Source of the DNA: an uncultured Spirochaetales bacterium
Lineage (GTDB): Bacteria > Spirochaetota > Spirochaetia > Treponematales > JBGSOB01
Assembly (NCBI GenBank): GCA_964470375.1
Contig: CAYYCP010000001.1
Coordinates: forward strand, 63,686-127,685
Reading direction: 5' to 3'
Length of the DNA stretch: 64,000 bases
Numbering within the stretch: the first letter of the stretch is position 1; every line of letters starts with the position of its first letter. Under the pieces are notes generated by a model. It did no database searches. It saw nothing but the letters and a program-made list of their open reading frames with translations, and had not been told where the DNA came from. Positions 27,587 to 35,458 of this stretch are shown here, in pieces. The position numbers and the translations under genes are program-made.

Positions 27587-29088
27587 TGCCTCGCAGGCTA
27601 TTCCTTCTCCTAGCAGCCCTGGCGGCCCTCACGGCCTGCCGTGGGCGCGGGGAGCCCGCCAGCTCCTACCGGGCCGAGGTCAGGCAGCCCGACTCGGGCC
27701 CCCTGCAGGCCACTCCAGGCGCAGGCCAACCCCAACGCCGGGCCGAGGAAGGCCCGCGTCTTCCGCCCCGCGAGGGGGAGACCCTCCTGGGCATCCTCAG
27801 CGCCGACATCGACACGGATCCCGAGGACGAGCAGATCCTTCTGGTCAAGAGCGTCAAGACGTCCTCCTCCTACATCAGCGTGGTGGTTCTGGATCAGGAA
27901 GGCCAGCGCAACGCCTGGGTGCGCCTCTGGGAGGAGACCACCCTGGCCACCAAGTACCCCACCTTCTCCGTGTCCATCAAGGATATGACCGGGACCCATG
28001 AGAAGGATCTGGTCTGCGCCGGCATGAATGACCTTGACCGCCAAACCCTCCTCGTCCTCCACCCCGACCGGCAGGGCGGCCCTGGCGTGCCGGCATACGG
28101 GCGCATCGCCGCCATAGAGGCCGAGTCCATCGAGATCGTCGAGACCGAGAGATCGCCCGCCTACGCCGCCGGCCTGGCCGATGAGGCGCCCTGGGAAATC
28201 CGCAGCCACGAGCAGGACTTGACCTCGCGCAACTACATGGACAAGGTGGAGACGCGCTGGACATGGAATCCGGCGGCAGCCTCCTACATGCCGGCCGAAC
28301 GTCGTCAGGTCTCCGGACAGGCTATAGAGCAGGCCCTCGTGGAGCGATACCTTGACGGGAACCCGTCCACCTTCGAGCGTTTTCTCTCGGGCATCTGGTA
28401 CCTGGAGTCAGGCCCGCCCCCCGGGGTGAAGGGAGCCAGGCTGATCCAGTTCTCGCCCGAATTCCGGGAAATCGTCTTTTCGGAGGAGGGCGACGTGCCC
28501 TCGCTGAGCGTCTTCAACTGGGAGAATTCCGCATCAACCAAGCGTGGCCTGTACATCAGCGCGGCCCATCAGGAGATCAAGCTGCGCCGCTTCGTGGACA
28601 TCGAGCTCCTAGGAGCGGAGAGCGTCCAGGTGCGCAGCACCGATAATGTGCGCTTCAGCGCCGACAGCGGGAATCCCTGGAACGGGGCCTACCGCAAGTA
28701 TATCGCGCATCCCAGCGAGGGCGGCTGGACGGACGGAGCAGACACGGCCGTCCTGCCCTCAGGGTGCTTCCAGGGTCCCCAGGGGGAATTGGAATTCGCC
28801 TATCCGCGCTATACATGGAAACGCGACGGAAGCCTCGATTCGGGGCTCTTCTCCGCGTACGCCATGGACGGTACGCATGTCCTGGTCCTTCGCAGCCTGA
28901 GCCCCTCCGGAATGCTGACGCGCACTCGCAGCTACGCCATGAAGGGCGGGGGCGCGGGCGGAGAAGCCGCTTTGATCCTATCGCCCGTGAGGATCAGCGT
29001 AGAGGGCCTTGAGTACCTCGAGGCCGAGCAGATCGTCTTCAGCCCGGCCCTGGCTCCACCCTCGCCTTCTCCCACCGTTCATGGCTGA
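27583..29088 (+). CDS. lipoprotein of unknown function
   Basis: The in-frame ATG at 27583 overlaps the nrnA stop (ATGA) and gives MMPRRLFLLLAALAALTAC, a signal peptide with a lipobox. About 500 aa with no family motif recognised. Confidence 0.6.
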   Translation: MMPRRLFLLLAALAALTACRGRGEPASSYRAEVRQPDSGPLQATPGAGQPQRRAEEGPRLPPREGETLLGILSADIDTDPEDEQILLVKSVKTSSSYISVVVLDQEGQRNAWVRLWEETTLATKYPTFSVSIKDMTGTHEKDLVCAGMNDLDRQTLLVLHPDRQGGPGVPAYGRIAAIEAESIEIVETERSPAYAAGLADEAPWEIRSHEQDLTSRNYMDKVETRWTWNPAAASYMPAERRQVSGQAIEQALVERYLDGNPSTFERFLSGIWYLESGPPPGVKGARLIQFSPEFREIVFSEEGDVPSLSVFNWENSASTKRGLYISAAHQEIKLRRFVDIELLGAESVQVRSTDNVRFSADSGNPWNGAYRKYIAHPSEGGWTDGADTAVLPSGCFQGPQGELEFAYPRYTWKRDGSLDSGLFSAYAMDGTHVLVLRSLSPSGMLTRTRSYAMKGGGAGGEAALILSPVRISVEGLEYLEAEQIVFSPALAPPSPSPTVHG

Positions 29089-29103
29089 TCGATATTTTTC
29101 CGC

Positions 29104-29134
29104 GGATGTGCATTCCGACGGGGAATGCACATCC
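29104..29134. terminator. perfect 13-bp inverted repeat between convergent genes
   Basis: GGATGTGCATTCC-gacgg-GGAATGCACATCC in the 57-nt gap between the lipoprotein gene (+) and the SPOR gene (-). A T5 run sits on the 5' side in plus orientation, so no canonical U-tail follows the hairpin in either direction. Confidence 0.4.
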
Positions 29135-29145
29135 ATCCCGCGGGC

Positions 29146-30297
29146 TCAGTTGAAGGGAACGCTCTCGAATCCAGCCTCCTTGAGCTCCATGTAACCCGGC
29201 ATGCCCTGGGCGTCCTGGGGCACGATCACGTAGTAGCGCTTGGCGCCTGAACGCGAGAGGCCCTGGCGGATCTCCGAAGGGAAGCCCGCCTTGGCGAGGG
29301 CGTCGGCTAGATTGACGGCGTTCTGCTGAACCTCGAAGACGCCTACTTGGAGATAGCTTCTCGGTGCGGCCGGGGAAGGACCTACTCCTGGAGAAGCAGT
29401 CGACCCCTTCGACGCGGCGCTGGAAACGGAGCCCGGGCTGGGGTTCGGCGTCGCACTGTTCGCGGGACTCGATCTTGGGCTCGGCGGGATGCCGGCCTCT
29501 GGGCTCGACCCGGATACAGCCCCCTTACCTTCCTCCGCCTGGGCCATATCGGGCGGGCTCGAGGGGGAGAGGATACCGGAGAGGTAGAAGACCGGTTCGA
29601 AGAGTGGCGCCAGGGGCACTCCCGCCCCGCCACCCAGGGCCGCGAAGAGAATGGCGTCCGGATTGTCGGAAGTCGGAGCGGCCGGAACAGGGGCTTGGGA
29701 CGGGGGGCCTCCGCTCAGATAAGCGTAGGCATAGGCGTAAGCATGCTTGAGGGACTCATGGAGATCCTGGGCCCTCATGGATATAGCCGCACGGCCTAGA
29801 GACTCCTCGCGCCGGCCCAAGGCGGCCAGGGCCCATACCGAGAGGAGGCGGGCTGACTGGGCGGCATAGCCCGCATCAGGCTTTCTTGCGATGGCCTCGG
29901 CACGGGCTAAGGCTATGGCGGCCTCGCCGGCCTTGAGGCGGCAGAGAGCGGCCCGGAAATCCACGGCTGCGTCGTAGCCCGAGGGATCGGCGGCCAGAGC
30001 CTTATCGTACCAGGCGGCCGCCTCGGCCGTCCGCCCGGAGAGCTCGCAGAGGCGCCCGGCGGCGGAGAAGGCCCTGGCCTTGTGAGCCGGGATTGTCAGG
30101 GATGCCGAGAAGTCCTCCACCAGGAGGAGGGCCCGGCCGGCATCGGCCTCAGCGTCCAGGGCCGAGAAGAAGCGGGCCGGGAATTCCGCGGAGCCGCGGT
30201 TGGCCATGAGCCAGGCCCGATCCGATGAGGCTTCCTGGGATCCCAGTGCGGAGCCGAGGAAGATGAGGCAGAGGGGGAGAAGCCGGGATCTAGGCAC
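29146..30297 (-). CDS. SPOR domain protein with TPR-like N-terminal half
   Basis: Signal peptide, a helical A-rich repeat region and a Ser/Pro-rich linker. The C-terminal YLQVGVFEVQQNAVNLADALAKAGF ... RYYVIVP resembles the SPOR peptidoglycan-binding fold. Confidence 0.7.
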   Translation of the reverse strand: MPRSRLLPLCLIFLGSALGSQEASSDRAWLMANRGSAEFPARFFSALDAEADAGRALLLVEDFSASLTIPAHKARAFSAAGRLCELSGRTAEAAAWYDKALAADPSGYDAAVDFRAALCRLKAGEAAIALARAEAIARKPDAGYAAQSARLLSVWALAALGRREESLGRAAISMRAQDLHESLKHAYAYAYAYLSGGPPSQAPVPAAPTSDNPDAILFAALGGGAGVPLAPLFEPVFYLSGILSPSSPPDMAQAEEGKGAVSGSSPEAGIPPSPRSSPANSATPNPSPGSVSSAASKGSTASPGVGPSPAAPRSYLQVGVFEVQQNAVNLADALAKAGFPSEIRQGLSRSGAKRYYVIVPQDAQGMPGYMELKEAGFESVPFN

Positions 30298-30300
30298 GGC

Positions 30301-30696
30301 TCACTTCGCCTGTCCGCCCTTGCGGCGCTTCCTGAAGGAGAAGAATCCCTTGCGGCCGGCGGTCGGCTCTGCGAGGGGGGCCGGGGCGGCCGTAATCTCG
30401 TAGGCCTTCTCATCGGCGCTCTTTTTATCGCCCTCACCGCTCTTGATGGTGGGATCCTGGTTCAGGGTCGGCCCGGCCTTCTTGGCCTTGGCCCTCCTGC
30501 CCCGGCTCAGCCTAAATGCCAGGGGTATGGAGGCCAGGAAGCCCAGGAGAAAGGCCCCCAGGATGCTCAGGTAGACCGGCACATCCTCGATTTCCGCGAA
30601 TCCGAAACTGATATTGCACGAATTCCCGAGATTGAAGCCTATGAAGGCCACGATCAGGGCCAGGGCGGCCAGGAAGGCGATCAGGCGCCAGGGCAT
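30301..30696 (-). CDS. LapA-domain (DUF1049-like) small membrane protein
   Basis: 131 aa with two N-terminal TM helices (LIAFLAALALIVAFIGFNL, VYLSILGAFLLGFLASIPLAF) and a basic tail. Its start overlaps the miaB stop by 1 nt. Confidence 0.55.
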   Translation of the reverse strand: MPWRLIAFLAALALIVAFIGFNLGNSCNISFGFAEIEDVPVYLSILGAFLLGFLASIPLAFRLSRGRRAKAKKAGPTLNQDPTIKSGEGDKKSADEKAYEITAAPAPLAEPTAGRKGFFSFRKRRKGGQAK

Positions 30697-32033
30697 CAGC
30701 GGATCCTTTCAGCCCGAAATGTGTTTCCGGAAAGCGAGACAAGCCTCGCCTCCGCGAATGTGCCCGCCTCCCCCGGGCTTCCGGGGAGAACGACCATCTC
30801 ATCCTGCTGATTGCGTGCCAGGACCTCGGCAGCCGAACGCCTGGAGGCGGATTCTATCAGGACCCGGCAGGTGAGGCCCAGGCGGGCTGTCATGGCCTGT
30901 CGGGTCAGCTCGGACTGGAGGGCTATCACGCGGGCCAGGCGTTCCTTGCGCAGTTCCAGGGGGAGCTGGCCTGGCATGGCGGCCGCCTCCGTGCCTTGGC
31001 GCGGATTGAAGTAATACATGAAGGCGTACTCGAAGGAGGCCTGGCGCATGAGCTCCAGGGTGGCCTCGAGGTCCTCCTCGGTCTCTCCGGGGAAACCCAC
31101 CAAGATGTCCGTGGAGAGCGAAATGCCCGGCATGGCCGCGCGGATACGGTCGAGCAAGGCCAGGTAGGATTCGGCCGTGTAGCCGCGGCGCATGGCCTTG
31201 AGGATGCGATCCGAACCGTGCTGGGCGCAGAGGTGGAGGTGGCGGCAGACGAAGGGGCTGGACGCCATGGCCTCTATGGCGCGCTCGGAAAAATCCCTGG
31301 GATGGCTGGAGAGGAAGCGCACCCAATCCAGCCGGCCGATGCCCTGATCGCGCAGACGCGAGAGCTCGGCGTCCACCTCCCCCAGGAGGGCCGGGAAATC
31401 GATGGCATGCCCATCGCCGGCATGCCGATAAGAATTGACATTCTGGCCCAGGAGGCTGACCTCGCGCACCCCCGCCGCGGCCATTTCCCTGATCTCCGCG
31501 AGGATCTCGGATGGAGGCCGCGACACTTCACGCCCGCGCAGGTACGGCACGATGCAGTAGGTGCAGAAGTTATCGCAGCCGTGCATGATGGGCAGGTAGG
31601 CGCGGAATGCCCCCGGTTCCAGGTGGGAGGGGGCGAAGACATAGGCGGCCTCCTCGCCCACCACCGCCCGGCCGCCCTCCTCAATCGAATCCAGGATTGC
31701 CCCCAGGGAGCCCTTGGAGAAGGTGCCCAGGACATAATCCACGCCCGGGCCCCCGGCCTTAAGGCCGCCCTCGCCCAAGCGCTGGGCCATACAGCCGGAT
31801 ACCACCAGGGTCAGCCCGCTCTCGCGCTTGCGGGCCTTCCATTGATCGATGCGCCCCAAGGCCCTCGTTTCGGCGGTCTTGCGCACCGAGCAGGTGTTGA
31901 TGAGGACGAGGTCGACTCCCTCGCCCTCGCTGGCCGGAGCCCAGCCGCGCTGCCGGAGGAGGTTCTCCGCCGCGGCCGACTCCGCCTTGTTCATCTGGCA
32001 ACCATAGGTTTCTATGCGGTAGCGGCGCCTCAT
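30696..32033 (-). CDS. miaB: tRNA-2-methylthio-N6-dimethylallyladenosine synthase
   Basis: The start is placed at ATG 32033 (MRRRYRIETYGCQMN), which overlaps the upstream stop as ATGA. Radical-SAM CDNFCTYCIVPYLRG and a TRAM-like C-terminus are present. The 88-aa Gly/Arg-rich extension in the ORF track is rejected. Confidence 0.9.
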   Translation of the reverse strand: MRRRYRIETYGCQMNKAESAAAENLLRQRGWAPASEGEGVDLVLINTCSVRKTAETRALGRIDQWKARKRESGLTLVVSGCMAQRLGEGGLKAGGPGVDYVLGTFSKGSLGAILDSIEEGGRAVVGEEAAYVFAPSHLEPGAFRAYLPIMHGCDNFCTYCIVPYLRGREVSRPPSEILAEIREMAAAGVREVSLLGQNVNSYRHAGDGHAIDFPALLGEVDAELSRLRDQGIGRLDWVRFLSSHPRDFSERAIEAMASSPFVCRHLHLCAQHGSDRILKAMRRGYTAESYLALLDRIRAAMPGISLSTDILVGFPGETEEDLEATLELMRQASFEYAFMYYFNPRQGTEAAAMPGQLPLELRKERLARVIALQSELTRQAMTARLGLTCRVLIESASRRSAAEVLARNQQDEMVVLPGSPGEAGTFAEARLVSLSGNTFRAERIR

Positions 32034-32410
32034 GCGCGGCTCTTGAGCCCCTTCACGAATTTGATGATGTTCCAGACGCCCAGGCCCAGGAGGCCGATGC
32101 CGGAGGCCCACAGCACGAAGCTGCCCAGGTGGGCCAGGCCCTGGAATCCGGGCAGAACCTGGAAGAGGGCCGCGCCGGCCGTGACCGCCCCGGCGGCCGT
32201 CACCAGCCCGCCCAGGCGCTTGTCCTTGCCGTCCTTGGAGCCCATGATGCCAAGGCCGCCCAGGGCCACCAAGCCGCCCACCACCAGGCCGCCCCAACCG
32301 CCGGCGAAGTCATTCAGGATGAGGAGGCCCAGGCCGCTTATGCCCGCGCCCACGCCCACCATGCCGTAGCGGCGGACTTCCTGAGTCGTTTTCGGAGTCA
32401 GGTCGTTCAT
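32030..32410 (-). CDS. small Gly-rich integral membrane protein
   Basis: 126 aa with three or four glycine-zipper-like hydrophobic helices (GVGAGISGLGLLIL, GLVVGGLVALGGLGI, VLWASGIGLLGLGVW). ATGA-coupled to miaB. Confidence 0.5.
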   Translation of the reverse strand: MNDLTPKTTQEVRRYGMVGVGAGISGLGLLILNDFAGGWGGLVVGGLVALGGLGIMGSKDGKDKRLGGLVTAAGAVTAGAALFQVLPGFQGLAHLGSFVLWASGIGLLGLGVWNIIKFVKGLKSRA

Positions 32411-32507
32411 CTCAAACCTCCCTGTGCGCGCCTCGGGGGCCGCGCCATATAGTGCAAAAGATACCGAAAAGGGCGACCCCGTCCAAGGCCGTCCACGATG
32501 CCCGGCC

Positions 32508-33764
32508 TCAGTGCCGGAAGCACCTTTGGCCGGTGAATTTCATGGCCGCCCCGTATTCGTTGCAGGCCTCTATCGCCTCGTGCTCGCGGATGGCCCCGCC
32601 CGGCTGAACCACAGCCGTGACGCCCTCCTTGAGACCCACCTCTATGCCATCGCGGTAGGGGAAGAAGGCGTCCGAGACCATCACCGAGCCGATGAGGCCG
32701 CCCTTGCGGGCGATGCCCTCCTCGCGGGATGCCGCCTTGGCCGCCTCGTCCTTGGAGAAATTATAGTGCTCGCCGTGACGCTCGAAGTGGATGCGGTCGA
32801 TGAGCTTGGTGTAGGCCTTGTCGCGGGCGATCTCCGCCACGCCGACCCGATCCTGCTCTCCGGTGCCGATGCCGACCGTGCACTGGTCCTTGACGTAGAT
32901 CACCGAATTGGAGGTGATGCCGGTCTCCAAGAGCCAGCCGAAGAGCATGTCCGCCCATTCTGCCTCGGTGGGCTCGCGCAGGACTCGATACTCCTTGCCC
33001 TGGTATTGGCATTCGGCCGGCAGAAAGTCCTCGCGCCTGAGCGTCCTGGGACAGAAGGAGGCCTGGACCACACAGCCCCCGTCTATGAGGGACTTGAAGT
33101 CCAGGACTCTGACGCCCGCGTAGGAATCCAGCCGGGCCATGTCCTTGATGCGGATGACCCGCAGGTTCTTCCACTTGGCGAAGGCCTCCAGGGCCCTCGG
33201 TTCGTACTCAGGCGCGGCCACCACTTCGCAATAGCTGGCGGCGATGGCCTCGGCGGTCTCCGGATCCACCTGGCGATTGAGGACAACCGCTCCGCCGTAG
33301 GCGGCCAGGCTGTCCGCCATGTAAGCCTTCCGGTAGGCCTCGGCCGGGCTGGAGCCCAGGGCCGCGCCGGAGGGGTTGTTGTGCTTCATGATGGCGCAGG
33401 CCGGTCGATCCTGGAAATAGCGCAGCACATTCAGGGCTGAATCCACGTCGGTCAGGTTGGTCTTTCCGGGGTGCTTGCCGCTTTGGAGGAGCTCGGCATC
33501 CGATACCAGCCAACGCCCGGGCTGGATGAGCTCGATGCCGGCTATGGCCAGGTTACCGTCCACCAGGCGGTACAGCGCCGCCGGCTGGTCTGGATTCTCG
33601 CCGTAACGCAGGCCGGCCAGCTTTCCCTCCACGGTCCACTCCACCTTCTCGTAACGCAAGCCTGTGCGCCGCCCGGCCTTGTCCGTGAAGCTGATCTCCA
33701 TTGTTTCCGGGAATTCGTCCCGATTGATGGTGCGGTACTGTGACTTCAGGTCCTGGGCCATCAT
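32508..33764 (-). CDS. purH: AICAR formyltransferase-domain protein (PurH C-terminal domain only, no MGS-like IMP cyclohydrolase domain)
   Basis: 418 aa. LRYGENPDQPAALY, MKHNNPSGAA, SDAFFPYRDGIE, VVQPGGAIRE and the C-terminal TGQRCFRH match the AICARFT half of PurH. Only about 50 unrelated residues precede it. Confidence 0.85.
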   Translation of the reverse strand: MMAQDLKSQYRTINRDEFPETMEISFTDKAGRRTGLRYEKVEWTVEGKLAGLRYGENPDQPAALYRLVDGNLAIAGIELIQPGRWLVSDAELLQSGKHPGKTNLTDVDSALNVLRYFQDRPACAIMKHNNPSGAALGSSPAEAYRKAYMADSLAAYGGAVVLNRQVDPETAEAIAASYCEVVAAPEYEPRALEAFAKWKNLRVIRIKDMARLDSYAGVRVLDFKSLIDGGCVVQASFCPRTLRREDFLPAECQYQGKEYRVLREPTEAEWADMLFGWLLETGITSNSVIYVKDQCTVGIGTGEQDRVGVAEIARDKAYTKLIDRIHFERHGEHYNFSKDEAAKAASREEGIARKGGLIGSVMVSDAFFPYRDGIEVGLKEGVTAVVQPGGAIREHEAIEACNEYGAAMKFTGQRCFRH

Positions 33765-34555
33765 TCCTCCCTGTTATACCCGCCCGGCGCGGGGTACTCC
33801 GCGTAGGCGTAGGCCGAATGGTCGTGGATACTCTCAAAATTCTCGGCTTCCACCGAGAACCACGGGAAACCCCCGTGCCGCTCTAAGCGCAAATAGACCT
33901 CACGCACTACGTCCTCTACGAAGCGCGGATTGTCGTAGGCCCTCTCGGTCACCCATTTCTCATCCTCCCGCTTGAGGAGCGGATAGAGCCCGCAGGAGGC
34001 CGAGGCCTCTATCATTTCGATGATCTCCTCGAACCAGAAGAAGGGTCCCAGGCGCACGGTCACGCTGACCTTGCCGCGTTGGTTATGGGCCCCGCGCTCC
34101 GAGATGGCCTTGGAGCAGGGACACACGGTCAACACCGGAGCGCTGACAGTCACCAGGAATTCGCTCTTGTCCCCGCTTACCCTGCCGGAGTAGCCGGCCT
34201 CGTAGCGCATGAGCGCCTCCTGGCCGGATACGGGCGCGCGCTTTTTGAGAAAATACGGGAAAGTCATGTCCGAATAGGCGTCCTCGGCATCCAGGGCCTG
34301 GCGCAGCTCGCCCAGCATGGTCAGGAAGCGGGGCATGGACAGGTCCGAGCGGTGGGCGTTGAAGACCTCAATGAAGCGGCTCATGTGGGTGCCCTTGAAG
34401 TCGTGGGGCAGGTCGGCGAAGAGGTTGACCGTGGCTACGGTATGCTGCCGGCGCTCGGCCCGGTCCAGCACGACGATCGGGTAGGCCAGGCCCTTCACGC
34501 CCACCTTGGCCAGGGGGATCCGACGCGCATCGGACTCGCTCTGGACGTCCTTCAT
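33761..34555 (-). CDS. folE2: GTP cyclohydrolase IB (FolE2/MptA family)
   Basis: 264 aa. MKDVQSESDARRIPLAKVGVKGLAYPIVV, HMSRF and LTVCPCSK are FolE2 (DUF198) signatures. ATGA overlaps on both sides. Confidence 0.85.
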   Translation of the reverse strand: MKDVQSESDARRIPLAKVGVKGLAYPIVVLDRAERRQHTVATVNLFADLPHDFKGTHMSRFIEVFNAHRSDLSMPRFLTMLGELRQALDAEDAYSDMTFPYFLKKRAPVSGQEALMRYEAGYSGRVSGDKSEFLVTVSAPVLTVCPCSKAISERGAHNQRGKVSVTVRLGPFFWFEEIIEMIEASASCGLYPLLKREDEKWVTERAYDNPRFVEDVVREVYLRLERHGGFPWFSVEAENFESIHDHSAYAYAEYPAPGGYNREE

Positions 34556-35433
34556 CGCCCGGAGGCCCCCAACTCGGCGGCGCGCACGGTATTCTCAAGC
34601 AGCATAGCCCTGGTCATAGGCCCGACTCCGCCTGTGGGCGGGGTTATCCAGCCGGCCACTTCGGAGACTGATTCGAAATCCACGTCGCCCTCGATGCGAT
34701 AGCCGCGCTTCTTGGAAGGATCCGGCACGCGGTTCACGCCCACGTCTATCACGCAGGCACCGGGCTTCACCATGGAGGCATTCACCAAGCCGCGCCGGCC
34801 GGCGCAGGCCACCAACACGTCGGCCTGGCGGCAATGTTCGGCCAGGTCGCGGGTGCCGGTATGGCAGATGGTGACGGTAGCGTTGAATTCCTTGCGTACA
34901 AGCAAATTCGCCAGCGGCTTGCCCACCAGGTTGGAGCGCCCGACGATGACCACCCGGGCCCCGTCCAGGCCCACCCCGGCCGATTGGATCAGCTTAATCA
35001 CCCCGTGCGGAGTGCATGGGAAGAAGCAGTCCTCGCCCAGAGCCAGGAGGCCGGCGTTGAGGGGTGTCAGGCCGTCGACGTCCTTGCGAGGACTGATCTC
35101 AGCCATTACCGTCCGCTCGCTCATGCCGTCAGGCAGAGGCAGCTGCACCAGGATGCCGTCCACCTCCGGATCCGCATTCAGCTCGCGCAATCGCGCCAGC
35201 AAGCCCTCCATGGGCTGTCCGCGCATGTAGCGTATGTCCAGGCTGGCTATGCCCAGCTCGGCGCAGTCGCGCTCCTTGGAGTCCACATAGGACAGCGAGG
35301 CCGGGTTGTCGCCCACCAGCACCACCGCCAGGCAGGGCGGCCTGGAAACCTTCGCCAGGGCGGCCACGCGTTCACGCAGGGATGCCTTGACCGCCTCGGC
35401 CACGGCCTTGCCGTCGATCAGCTTGGCAGACAT
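34552..35433 (-). CDS. folD: bifunctional methylenetetrahydrofolate dehydrogenase / methenyl-THF cyclohydrolase
   Basis: 293 aa. LAVVLVGDNPAS, YV-x-SKE, DGILVQLPLP, PCTPHG, VIVGRSNLVGKPLANLL and GGVGPMT. Confidence 0.92.
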   Translation of the reverse strand: MSAKLIDGKAVAEAVKASLRERVAALAKVSRPPCLAVVLVGDNPASLSYVDSKERDCAELGIASLDIRYMRGQPMEGLLARLRELNADPEVDGILVQLPLPDGMSERTVMAEISPRKDVDGLTPLNAGLLALGEDCFFPCTPHGVIKLIQSAGVGLDGARVVIVGRSNLVGKPLANLLVRKEFNATVTICHTGTRDLAEHCRQADVLVACAGRRGLVNASMVKPGACVIDVGVNRVPDPSKKRGYRIEGDVDFESVSEVAGWITPPTGGVGPMTRAMLLENTVRAAELGASGR

Positions 35434-35458
35434 CTTGACCTCCTCGCGGCCGCGCGCC

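Noticed and set aside
29009-29194. 61-aa plus-strand ORF covering the convergent gap
   Set aside because: It runs out of the 3' end of the lipoprotein gene in another frame, crosses the inverted repeat and enters the SPOR gene antisense. No RBS; judged spurious.
29719-29745. Micro-repeat GCGTAGGCATAGGCGTAAGCATG encoding HAYAYAYAYL in the SPOR protein
   Set aside because: It is a short in-frame dipeptide repeat inside a helical repeat region. It is too short and imperfect to be a functional DNA repeat or slippage tract.
32034-32297. 88-aa Gly/Arg/Pro-rich N-terminal extension of miaB in the ORF track. Analogous extensions occur for motA (62455-62688), fliM (60180-60242), fliY (59152-59262), holB (40367-40540), the kinase (41578-41769) and the lipoproteins at 6774 and 27493.
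   Set aside because: The extensions overlap the upstream genes and have non-protein-like composition. In each case an internal ATG gives the canonical family N-terminus, often with an ATGA overlap or an RBS.
30996-32369. 457-aa plus-strand ORF opposite miaB. The same pattern occurs at 32424-33440, 13135-14088, 41704-42825, 61327-62496, 15455-16237, 22219-23037 and 10207-10593.
   Set aside because: All are antisense to genes with strong family motifs. In a genome with high GC3, stop codons are rare in the antisense frames. None has a recognisable domain.
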